Below are positions 37,756 to 48,800 of a stretch of DNA of 64,000 nucleotides, in pieces. How positions within the stretch are numbered: position 1 is the stretch's first letter; the number at the start of each line of letters is the position of its first letter. This DNA comes from Mobula hypostoma (taxonomy: Eukaryota). Made by a program: the position numbers and the translations under genes. The notes under the pieces are model-generated. The model made no database searches. It was not told where the DNA came from and saw only the letters and a program-made list of their open reading frames with translations. The stretch spans positions 5,766,001 to 5,830,000 of the forward strand of contig NC_086108.1 in NCBI RefSeq assembly GCF_963921235.1. Reading direction: 5' to 3'.

Positions 37756-40679
37756 AATAGATAGCCCAGGTCCTCAAGTCCTGGCAACATCCTCGTAAAT
37801 ATTCTCTGCACTCTTTCAATCTCATTGACATCTTTCCTGTAGGTAGGTGACCAGAGCTCCACACAAAACTCCAAGTTCAGCCTCACCAACATCGCGTATA
37901 GTTTCAACGTAACATCCTCACTCTTGGTCCTCAGTACTTTGACTAATGAAGCACAGCAGATGATGAGGAAGCGCTTGAATGGGTTGCATGTTTTTATTTA
38001 TTTATTGAGATACTCCGCAGAATAGGCCCCTCTGGCCCTCCAAGACACGCCACCACTCAACAATTTAACTCTATCCTAATCCTGGGACCATTTACAATGA
38101 GCAATTAACCTATTAACTCGTACGTCTTTGGCCTGTGGGAGGAAACCAGAGCACCCGGAGGAAATCCACACGGTCACAGAGAGAACGTACAAGCTCCTTA
38201 CGGGCAGTGTCAGGAATTGAGCCGCGGTCACCAGCCCTGCAAAGTGTTGTGCTAACGCTACCTTGCTGTCCTTTGAAATTGAACAGACATCGTTTTGAAA
38301 CTAGGGTTGCATTAACTACATTGCCGGGTAAATCATTTGGGCAGCAACTCTTCGTGGTTTGTCAGAGACAAAATCTTTGCCAGGAGATGATGTGTTTTTT
38401 GTCAGGGGGAAAAGGAAGTGCAGCGTGAGTTTAAAAAGATAAACATCTGAGAGCAGAGGAAATGCAATTCCTCCAAATATTCATAAATTGTCATTGGTCG
38501 GGTGAATTCTCATGCAGGTTGTGTGGAAAGGCAAATTTTCCTTTGGACGTATAGATTTTCTCCCCATTCTTCATGGATCATGGTGTGACAGCCATTGAGT
38601 AATCCAGTAATCCAGGCTTTCTTTCAGACTTTGCTAAGTACCTATGTGTTTTGATCAAGCTTTCAGGCATTCTATGGCAGAGTCACATAACTCTTTACAT
38701 AGAACATAAAGCATTACAGCCCAGGGACAGGCCCCTTCGCCACAATGTTGTGCCGAACCAGCTTAAAACAAACCCTCAAAAGCTAATCACTCCTACCTAC
38801 ACCGTGTCCCTATCCCTCCATCTTCCTTACATGTGCCTATCCAAATGTCTCTTAAAAGCCTCTAATATATTTGCCTCTATCACCATACCAGACATCCACC
38901 ACTCTCTGAGTAAAAAACTTACCCCTCACATCCCCCTTGAACCCACCCCCTCTCACCTTCAATGCATGCCCTCTGGTATTAGACATTTCAACCCTGGGAA
39001 ATAGATACTCTCTGTCCACTCGATCTATGCCTCTCATAATCTTATAAACCTCTATCAGATCTCCCCTCAGCCTCCCACACTCCAGAGGGAAAAACCCACG
39101 TTTGTCCAGCCTCTCATGATAGCACATGCCCTCTAAACCAGGCAGCATCCTGGTAAACCTCTTCTGCACACTCTCCAAAGCCTCAACGTCCTTCCTGTAG
39201 TGGGGTGACCAGAACAGTAATCGATAATCCAGATGTGGCCTAACCAGAATTTTATAAAGTTACAACGTAACCTCCTGACCTTTGAACTCAATAACGCCGA
39301 CGATTGAGGCTTCAATTCCCGCTGCCGTCTGTAAAAAGTTTGTACGTTCTCCCCATGACCACTAGATGCTCTGGTTCTGGTTAACAATGCACAGGATAGG
39401 GTTAGTAAGTCATGCGTATGCTGTGTTGGTGCCAGAAGCATGGGGTCACTGCAGGCTGTCCCCAGCACGTCCTCGTATTGTGTTGGAGCAGAATTTAGAA
39501 CATTTGACCTATCGAGTCTGCCCCACCTTTTCATCATGGCTGATCTATTTTCCCCCTCAGTCTTCTCCCTGTATCCCTTCACGGCCCGACTAATCAGCAA
39601 TCTATCAACCTCTGCCTTAAATATACCCAATGTCTTGGTCTCCACAGATTCACCACTTTCTGGTGAAAGAAATCCCCCTCATCTTTGTTCTAAAAGGACA
39701 TCCCTCCATTCTGAGGCTGTGCCCTCTGGTCCTATACTCCCCCACCATGGGAAACATCCTCTCCACATCTTGAGTCCCTTCAACATTTGATACGTTTCAA
39801 TGAAGTCATCCCTCATTCATTTGAATTCCATGAATATTGTATTATAACATCTAAATTTCTTTGGAGACTGGGATTTCTTGTCCCCAGTGGCGATTGTGGG
39901 AGCTGAAGGTAACAAGAATTAGTGACTGAGTGGGAAATAGGCATTGATTTGATTAGCGGCATCTGTAGAATCTCCTGTCAAAATCAGAATCAGGTTTAAC
40001 ATCACTGACATATGTCATGAAGTTTGTTGTCATTGTGGCAGCAGTACAATGCAATACAGAATAATAGCAGAAAAATAGTTAAATTAAATAATAATGCAAA
40101 AACAGAAATTTAAAAAGTAGTGAGATAGTGTTCACGGGTTCAATGTTCATTCAGAAATCTGATGGCAGAGGGGAAGAAGCTGTTCCTGAATCGTTGAGTG
40201 TGTGTCTTCAGGCTCCTGTACCTCCTCCCTGATTGTAGCAATGAGAAGAGGGCATGTCCTGGGTGATGGGGGTCCTTAATGATGGATGCCGCCTTTTTGG
40301 GGCATCACTTTTTGAAGATGTCCTGGATACTATGGAGGCTAGTGCCTGTGATGGTGCTAACTGAGTTTACAACTCTCTGCAGCCTATTTCGATACTGTGC
40401 AGTGGCCCCCACACCCCCAGCAGACAGTGATGAAGCCAGTTAGAATGTTCTCTAATCTGTAGAAGTTTGTGAGTGTCGTTTGTGACATACCAAATCTCCT
40501 CAAACTCCTCATGAAATACAGCTGTTGTTGTGCTGCCTTTGTACTGCATCGATATGTTGGGCCCTGGATAGTGCGTCAGAGATGTTGACTCCCAGGAACT
40601 TGAAATTGCTCGTCCTTCCCCTTCTGATCCCGCAGTGAGGACTGGTGTGTGTTTTCACCTTTTACCGTTGCCTCTGCAG

Positions 40680-40762
40680 GAATCAGACTCCTGACTGCGG
40701 GAGCAGTGCAAAGTCCAAAGTCTCCGAGATGGCCCCCCTCTTCAGGGACAGGAAGCTGCAAG
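40680..40762 (+). CDS. smoc1: SMOC exon (exon 9 equivalent): end of TY2 and linker
   Basis: cctctgcag|G...CAAG|gtgagt; 83 bp, phase 2 to 1; RNQTPDCGSSAKSKVSEMAPLFRDRKLQ supplies the last TY2 cysteine. Confidence 0.9.
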
Positions 40763-41079
40763 GTGAGTGATTGGAAGGACATAGAAGGAGTGCAGAGAGG
40801 TGTGAGGATGCTACTGGAAACAAGAGGAGTCTGTATATCAGGAGAGAATGAAAAGACAAGTCTCCTTCCTGTTTAGAAACAGAAAGTGAGGTGTGGAACT
40901 CAGAAGTCTATAATAATCATGAAGGTCTATATAATCTACCTATCACCTCCCAGCTTCTGACTTTATCCCCTCCCACCTACCTTCCCCCTCACCTATCACT
41001 TTCTTATTCTCGCTTCTGCTCCCTTCCGTTCCAGTCCTGAAGAAGAGTCTCAGCCCAAAATGTTGGCTGTTAATTAGAG

Positions 41080-42120
41080 TCATAGAAAAGTACAGCACCG
41101 AAACAGGCCCTTCAGCCCATCTAGTCCATGCTGAATCGTTTAAATTGCCTATCCCACTGACCTGCACTGGGACCATAGCCCTCCATATCCCTACCGTCCG
41201 TGTACCCACCCAAACTTTACTTCAACGTTGAAATCGAGCTTGCGTGCACCTCCTGCACTGGCAGCTCGTTCCCACATTCTCATCGTCCTCCCAGTGAAGA
41301 AGATCCCCCTCATATTCCACTTAAACTTTTCACCTTTCACCCTTAACCCATGACCTCTGGTTGTAGTCTCACCCAACCTCAGTGGAAAAAGCCTGCTTGC
41401 ATTTATCCTCTCTATACCCCTCATAATTTTGTATATCTCTATCAAATCTCTTCTCAACCTTCTACTTTCTAAGGAATAAAGTCCTAACCTGTTCAACCTT
41501 TCCTTATAACTCAGGTCCTCCAGACCTGGCAACATCCTTCTAAATTTTCTCTGTACTCTTTCAACCTTATTTACATCTTTCCAATAGGTAGGTGACAAAA
41601 ACTGCACACAATACTCCAAATGAGGCCACACCAATGCCTTATACAACTTCGACATAACGTCCCACTTCCTGTACTGAATACTTTGATTTATAAGGCCAAC
41701 GTGCCAAATGTTTTCTTTATGACCCTATCTACTTGTGATGCCATTTTCAACAAATTATGGACCTGTATTCCCAGATCGCTCTCAGGGCCCTACCGTTCGC
41801 TGTGTAAGACCTATCCTGGTTGGTCCTACCGATGTGCAACACCTCACACTTGGTTGCAATAAGTTTTAGCTTCCATTTTTCAGCTCATTTTTCCAGCAGG
41901 TCCAGATCCCACTGTAAGCCATGATAGCTTTTGTCCTCTATACCCCTAATCTTGGTGTTATCTGCAAATTTTTTGATCCAGTTAACTGCATTATTATCTA
42001 GATTGTTGATGTAAATGACATTGACAATGGACCCAGCACCGGTCCCTGCGGCACTCCACTTACCACAAGCCTCCCGTCAGAGACGCAACCATCTACTACC
42101 ACCCCCTGGCTTCTCCCACA
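41080..42120 (-). mobile_element. Decayed CR1 LINE 3' fragment
   Basis: SGVPQGPVLGP and LYKALVWPHLEYCVQFLSP on the minus strand. Confidence 0.85.
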
Positions 42121-42437
42121 AATTCCTCTCCATAGACGCTGCCTGACCTGCTGAGTCCCTCCAGCATTTTGTGTTTTGCTCTGGATTTCCAGCATCCGCA
42201 GAATCTCTGGTGTTTCTGATGTAAAAGTCATGGCAGTTCTCTATTGCCTGATACATTGGGCAACGGTCGTCTCTCAGCCAGCACCACAAGGCTGATGAGC
42301 TGGCATTCACCTCACTTGCTGTTTATTGGATCTAATGGTCTGCTTTAAGACTGTCTGCCTTCACCTCGGACCATCTGAGAGAGTCTTAAAGCTGATTGTT
42401 GTGACCTGCTAATGTCTGTCATGTCATGTGTCTCCAG

Positions 42438-42534
42438 GTTGCCCTGGTGGAAAGAAGACAGAGTTTGTAACAGGATTGTTGAAGTCTCTCATTATGGATA
42501 TGGCCCAGGCTAGCTCACTCCTAACATGGAGAAG
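42438..42534 (+). CDS. smoc1: SMOC exon (exon 10 equivalent): start of EC domain
   Basis: tctccag|GT...AGAAG|gtattt; 97 bp, phase 1 to 2; GCPGGKKTEFVTGLLKSLIMDMAQ resembles GCP.GKK.EF.TS.LDAL.TDMV. Confidence 0.92.
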
Positions 42535-42646
42535 GTATTTATCTCTCCCTCCCCACCCTTCCTTCTTCCTACCCATGCACGTACAGTCCTCAAACCCCAG
42601 GATAGGCCGCCCGCAGCTTCCAGCTTCTGTGGGCTTGAGAATTTGC

Positions 42647-42812
42647 ACAGATCAGGCCTTCATTGTTGGCCCAGGGTAGACCATCTTCACCCTTCAATGT
42701 TGACCCAGGTCAGACCATCTTCACCCTTCGATGTTGGCCCGGGACAGACCATCTTCACCCTTCGATGTTGGCCCGGGACAGACCATCTTCACCCTTCAAT
42801 GTTGGCCCAGGA
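42647..42812. repeat. 34-bp minisatellite, about 4.5 units
   Basis: AGACCATCTTCACCCTTC starts at 42678, 42712, 42746 and 42780. Confidence 0.88.
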
Positions 42813-43679
42813 TAGGTTTTATTCCTTGAAAAGTAGGAGGGTGAGGAACGACCTTGTAGAATTATATTTTTAAATGAGCGGTATAGATAAGGGGGATAAT
42901 ATTTTTTTCCCCAGGGTGGTAGAGTACTAAGTGAGAGAGTACTAAAAGTTTTAAAAGAGACAACTTTTCATGCAGAGATGTTGGGAATATGGAACAAGGT
43001 GCTAGAGGAAGTGGTTGAGGGAGATACAATCGTATCGTTTAAAAAGCACTCAGAAAGGCACATGAAGGGGAACGGCTTGGAGGAATATGGGCTGAACTCA
43101 GAAAATTGTAACTTGCTAGCTGGGCACCAGGGTTAGCATGAACTGGATGGGTGGAAGGGCCTGTATTCCTCTATGACTCTGACCCCATTATCTATAGGTG
43201 AGATAGGACATTACACATCCTTTGTCCTCAGCACTGGTTCAAGTAGTAGGAAACCCTGCAGCATCTTCATCAAGTCACCTGAATCGCAGTTTGCTATGAG
43301 GCCAGTGTTTGTGATACAGATATTAATTTTGCTCCTCCTAGAGCCATAGTGCACTACTGTTCAGGAGGAGGTCCTTTGGCCATCTCATCTGTGTGGAAAT
43401 ATTCTGCTTAGTCCCGGACCACACCCCTCCCATCCACGCACCCATCCAAACTTCTCTCAAGCATTGAAGTCAAACCTGCATCCAGCACCATCCCCACCCC
43501 CCACTGGCAGTTCGTTCCACACTCGCACCATCCTCTGAGTAAACATGTTCACCCTCTGTTTCCCCTTAAGTATTTTACCTTTCACCCTTAACCTATGACC
43601 CCCAGTTCTAGTCTCTCCAACATCAGTGGAAAAAGCCTATTTGCATTTACCCTGTCTGTACTCCTCATTTGGGTGGTGG

Positions 43680-44085
43680 GGTGGAGATAAGTCTCTACCC
43701 AATTCCTTCCCTCCGCTAGCCTGCGGGTCACCCTTGGGCAAGGTGTACACCTGGCTTAGCCCCCGCCCCCCCCCCCCCAGGATCAGGGTCACGTGAAGCC
43801 ACAGGAGCGGGTGGGGGATGGTCGTATGAGCAGCCAGTGCACATCGCAAGTCCTGGTTATGCGACCACTGGCGCCAGGCAGACAATCTCTGAAGAGTATT
43901 GATAATGGCTGGGGTCACCCGTTTTCTAAAGACACTGCCCAGAAGAAGGCAATGGCAAAGCACTTCTGTAGAAAGATTTGCCAAGAACAATCACGGTCAT
44001 GGAAAGAGAAAAGATTTGGAAGAGCTTCAGATTAAAGACAGATGGAAGACCATGATTGCCCATGTCATACGACACGGCACGTAAT
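43680..44085 (+). mobile_element. SINE with RTE-like 3' end (inverse copies at about 35345-35720 and 56190-57110)
   Basis: AGAAGGCAATGGCAAAGCACTTCTG motif; three mutually similar copies in the window. Confidence 0.65.
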
Positions 44086-44670
44086 GGTGCCTATAAAAAT
44101 GTGAATTGTATATGACATGATGCTACCACGTGATACATGCACACCTCACCTAAAGTAAATGGCAAACTTAAGACTCACCTCTCTCAGCTCTCTTGTTTTC
44201 CTTTGGATTAGTTTAATGTTTTGAAGTTACACTGGGGTTTTGGAAAAAGCTCCCTTCTGGCAAGCTGTTATAGGGCTATCAAAACAAAAAATTCATGCCA
44301 CCCCCAGGCAGTTAATCTGATCAACCACTCTAGTTAGCCACCTCCCCTACCCACTCTATCTATTTCCTCAGTCACTGCACTTTAAGCCACGTTTTATAAT
44401 GCTGTTTACATTGTAAATCCATGCTGGCATTTCTTTATTTTTGTACATTTATTCTATATTCATACTTCTAACTTTATTTTCATATAGTTTTTTATTCTTT
44501 AGAATTGTTGAATATTTTTTGTTGCACATTGTACCAACACACCACAGCAAATTCATAATGCATAGGGAGAATAAAGTTGATCCTTAACTGGCTTTTATAG
44601 TATACCGAGGTTGATCTTGACACCACAAGTTATTCATACAGTCAGAATGGAACCTGAGACTTTGTATTTT

Positions 44671-45265
44671 GGTCATAGTCATAGTCATACTTTATTGATC
44701 CCAGGGGAAATTGGTTTTCGTTACAGTTGCACCATAAATAATTAAATAGTAATAAAACCATAAATAGTTAAATAGTAATATGTAAATTATGCCAGGAAAT
44801 AAGTCCAGGACCAGCCTATCGGCTCAGGGTGTCTGACCCTCCAAGGGAGGAGTTGTAAAGTTTGATGGCCACAGGCAGGAATGACTTCCTATGACGCTCT
44901 GTGTTGTATCTCGGTGGAATGAGTCTCTGGCTGAATGTACTCCTGTGCCCAACCAGTACATTATGTAGTGGATGGGAGACATTGTCCAAGATGGCATGCA
45001 ACTTGGACAGCATCCTCTTTTCAGACACCACCGTCAGAGAGTCCAGTTCCATCCCCACAACATCACTGGCCTTACGAATGAGTTTGTTGATTCTGTTGGT
45101 GTCTGCTACCCTCAGCCTGCTGCCCCAGCACACAACAGCAAACATGATCGCACTGGCCACCACAGACTCGTAGAACATCCTCAGCATCGTCCGGCAGATG
45201 TTAAAGGACCTCAGTCTCCTCAGGAAATAGAGACGGCTCTGGCCCTTCTTGTAGACAGCCTCAGT
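44671..45265 (-). mobile_element. Rex/Babar-type LINE 3' fragment with (ACTATG)n tail, little decayed
   Basis: ORF 44816-45187 MLRMFYESVVASAIMFAVVCWG...HPLH...RHRKSFLPVAIKLYN. Confidence 0.88.
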
Positions 45266-45598
45266 GATTATTTATCATCAGTGATCATTTATAAATGAGA
45301 TAGAGCGTGGGACAGGCCACTCTGGCCTTCCGAGCTGTGCTGCCTCACAATCCCCCCGTTTAATCCTAGCCTAATCATGGGGCAATTTATAATAGCTAAC
45401 CAGCACATCTTTGGACTGTGGGAGGAAACAGGAGCACCTGGAGGAAACCCACGCAGTCAGGGGGAGAACTTACAGGCAGCGGCAGGAATTGAACCTGGGT
45501 CTACTGTACTGCAGAGCATCGTGCTAACCACTATGCTATCGTGCTGACCCCAACGTTTTATTATGGCATAGTAGATGTGTATTGTATTCCTTTTACAG

Positions 45599-45846
45599 AC
45601 TTTCTGAAGGATCGGTCGGTTTTTTGCTGGAAGACCGCGCCATTCGCTGGTACTTTGGCAAGCTGGACAAGGACCTCAACAGTGAGATCTCCGAGAAGGA
45701 GCTGAGGCCCTTTAAGGTCTACCTGAGGAAGAACGCCAAGCCGCGGAAGTGCACCAGGAAATTCATTGAGTACTGTGACCTCAACGGCAGCAAGTCCATC
45801 TCCCTGCAGGAGCTGAAGGGATGCTTGGGTTTCATCAAAGGCAGAA
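45599..45846 (+). CDS. smoc1: SMOC exon (exon 11 equivalent): two EF-hands of the EC domain; unspliced read-through would stop at TAA 45861-45863
   Basis: ttttacag|A; EF loops DKDLNSEISEKE and DLNGSKSISLQE; basic patch RPFKVYLRKNAKPRKCTRK; probable phase-1 donor GAA|gtaggc at 45846. Confidence 0.93.
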
Positions 45847-48800
45847 GTAGGCGAACGTTTTAATAACTTTCAGACAACGTGGTCATCAGGGGAAAAGACG
45901 CTGGGAAGCGGACAGTGCATAGTGGTATAATGGTTATGTGACTGGATTATTAATTATACTCTAGATTATTAGTTTGATGTGTTAGAGCCTGATGCACTTT
46001 TGAATATTGCACCTTCACTCCCCACCCACCCTTCAACCTCGCCTGTTTTAATTGCAAAGAGAAATTATACTGTGAGTCAGGGGTTCCCAACCTGAGGCCC
46101 TCGGTCCTGTCAGATAATGGTAGGGGTACTTACTTACTGCCTGTTACGCCTCTGGCGTTTAGGGCAGCAATGAAGGTCTTCCATCTCTGGCGGTGTTCAG
46201 GGCTTCCTTCATCGTGTCGGTATTCCTCTCGGTTTTCACTGCTGTCAGTCATGTAAGTCCCGGGTGGAGACTCAGGAATACCGTCACACTCAGATGTAGA
46301 AGAATTCTTCATTGCTGTTTCCATAACAACTTTGTTTGACCAGTCAGGGTTGTTAGCCCTGAGCTGAACCCCTGAACCTGGAGGACCGCTGACCACTCTT
46401 AGTCTGACCTCTACCCTTTGACATTTTTGGGTGACCTCACCAAGAGCCAAACCAGGAAGACCTGATTCCAGCCAATGTAGCTCTCTGGGTCATTGAGGTA
46501 CACAAGCCTCCAAACCCCATGACAAGGTTGTGGTCCTCTTGGTGGAATGGTAGAGGGCCATGGTATATCCATGGCATAAGGTGTAGTGGTTAGCACAATG
46601 CTTTGCAGTGCAGGAACCTGGGTTTAATTCCCACCACTTGTAAGGAGTTTGTACGTTCTCCCTGTTTCCTCCGGGTGCTCCTGTTTCCTCCCCACAGTCC
46701 AAAGACGTACTGGTTGGTAGGTTAATTGGTCATTATAAATTGTCCCGTGATTTAAGTTAAATTTAAGCATCCGTTAGTCTTGCGAGACCATGGATATGCG
46801 CCTGGAAAGTCTTCACTCTCCAGGGCGCAGGCCTGGGCAAGGTTGTATGGAAGACCAGCAGTTGCCCATGCTGAAAGTCTCCCCTCTCCACGACACCAAT
46901 ATTGTCCAAGGGAAGGGCTTTAGGACCCATACAGCTTGGCACCAGTGTCGTTGCAGAGCAATGTGTGTGGTTAAGTGCCTTGCTCAAGGACACAACATGT
47001 TCCCTCAGCTGGGGCTCGAACTCACGACCTTCAGGTCGCTAGTCCAATGCCTTAACCACTTGGCACGTGATTAGGCTAGGGTTAAATCAGGGGATTGTTG
47101 GGCAGAACAGCTTGAAGAGCTGGAAGGGCCTATTCCACTCTGTATCTCAATAGATAGAGAGAGAGAGAATGAGAGAAAGAGAAGAAGAAGGAAGAAAACT
47201 TGGGAACCCCTGCCATGGGCAGTCTTGTAGACCAGTGGACATCCTCTTGGCATGGCCAAGAGTCGCTGGTCTTCTCGGTAGGCTTTCACCGCATCTACAT
47301 CTACAGATGGACTACGTCTACTACGTGGTGCAGGCTCTGCAAAAATAATCAAAGCTGACTAAAGAGCAAGGTCACCGGGGCCAGGTTTTGACATGATACT
47401 TCTTTGTGGACCATTTTAAAATCTAAGCATGTCATACATTTTATAGCTATTGATACTTTTTTAAGGTTTGTGTAATAAACAAAATGCACTTTTTACACAA
47501 CTGGATTCTCAGCCTGGGTCCTCTGTACAAGTATTGTCCACGTGCACCACCCAGAGTGTCGTGGTTAGCGCAGCGCCGTTGTAGCTCAGGGTGCTGGAAT
47601 TCCGGAGGCCAATTCCGACGTCCCCTGTAAGACAGTCTGCATGTTCCTTCCCGCGTGCGCGTGCGTTTGCCCCGAGTGCTCTGGTTCCCTCGCACGCAGC
47701 CCAAGGAAATACCGGTTGGTGGGTTAAATGGTCATTTTAAATTGTCCTGTGATTAGGCTACAGTTAGATAGATGGGTTGCTGGTGGCACGGATCGTTGAT
47801 CCGGAGGAACCCGTCCTCTGCAATTTCTGGGTTTCTCTACCCCAGGGGCTTGTGGAGGTTGGGTCATTAGGGGTATTTTGAGTGGATGTGGGTCAGTTGG
47901 GCCGGAAAGGGGCTTGTTCCACGTTGCATCCCTAAATAAATACATAAAATTCCTCATTCCGATACTCCGCGGACAATATTATTGGGCTTTAAAAAAACTG
48001 TGACGAAGGCGCATCCCGGCACTCCCATTGGTCAGGATCCTCTCACACGTTGGCCCTCACCCCTCCCCCTTGCACTCGTCCCCATTCCAGTCCTCCGATC
48101 TTCCCCAGTGATCACCCTCAATAGGACAAAGAGTAATACAGAACAGTACAGGCCCTTCAGCCCACCATGCTGTGCTGCCCTGCTTAAAGGAAATTTATTA
48201 CCAAAGTATGTGCATATCACCACTTCAAAGATTCAAACAATATCGAAGTATGTATGCGTTATACAACCCTGAGATGCATCTTCCCCATTGACAGGCACGA
48301 AACAAACACACACCATGCAAAGAAAAACATCAATGTCTCAGGCGTACAATAAGTGCAAATAGCAAAAGAGGAAAGAAAATACAAGCAAAAAACACAATAT
48401 AAAACAAAAAGTCAAAAGAGTTCTCTTTTTCTGAAATTACCCTGAGGTTCATTTTCCTGCAGACATTCACGGCAGACAGAGAAATGCAACAAAGACTGAC
48501 AAACAATATGCAAAATCTTTAATCTACTCCAAGATCAATCTAACCCTTCCCTCCTACACAACTCCCCTCTCCCCCCCACCGTTTTTCTATTGCCCATGTG
48601 CTTATCAAACAGTCTCTTACATGACCCCAATGCATCGGCCTCTAGCTCCACCCCTGGCAGGGTGTGCCAGCTCCCACCGTTCTCCCTTCCCTCCTCCGAT
48701 CTGCCGTCTGTACTTTCGTTCTCTGCAGCAGTGGGGGATCAGAGTAAGGACATTCTTGTGTAAAGATATGGTTGTGAGCCTGCTGCTGTGCCTCAACCCA

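Noticed and set aside
724..45846. Testican/SPOCK, thyroglobulin or nidogen assignment
   Set aside because: Two TY domains followed by a C-terminal EC domain, with these exon sizes and phases, fit SMOC only.
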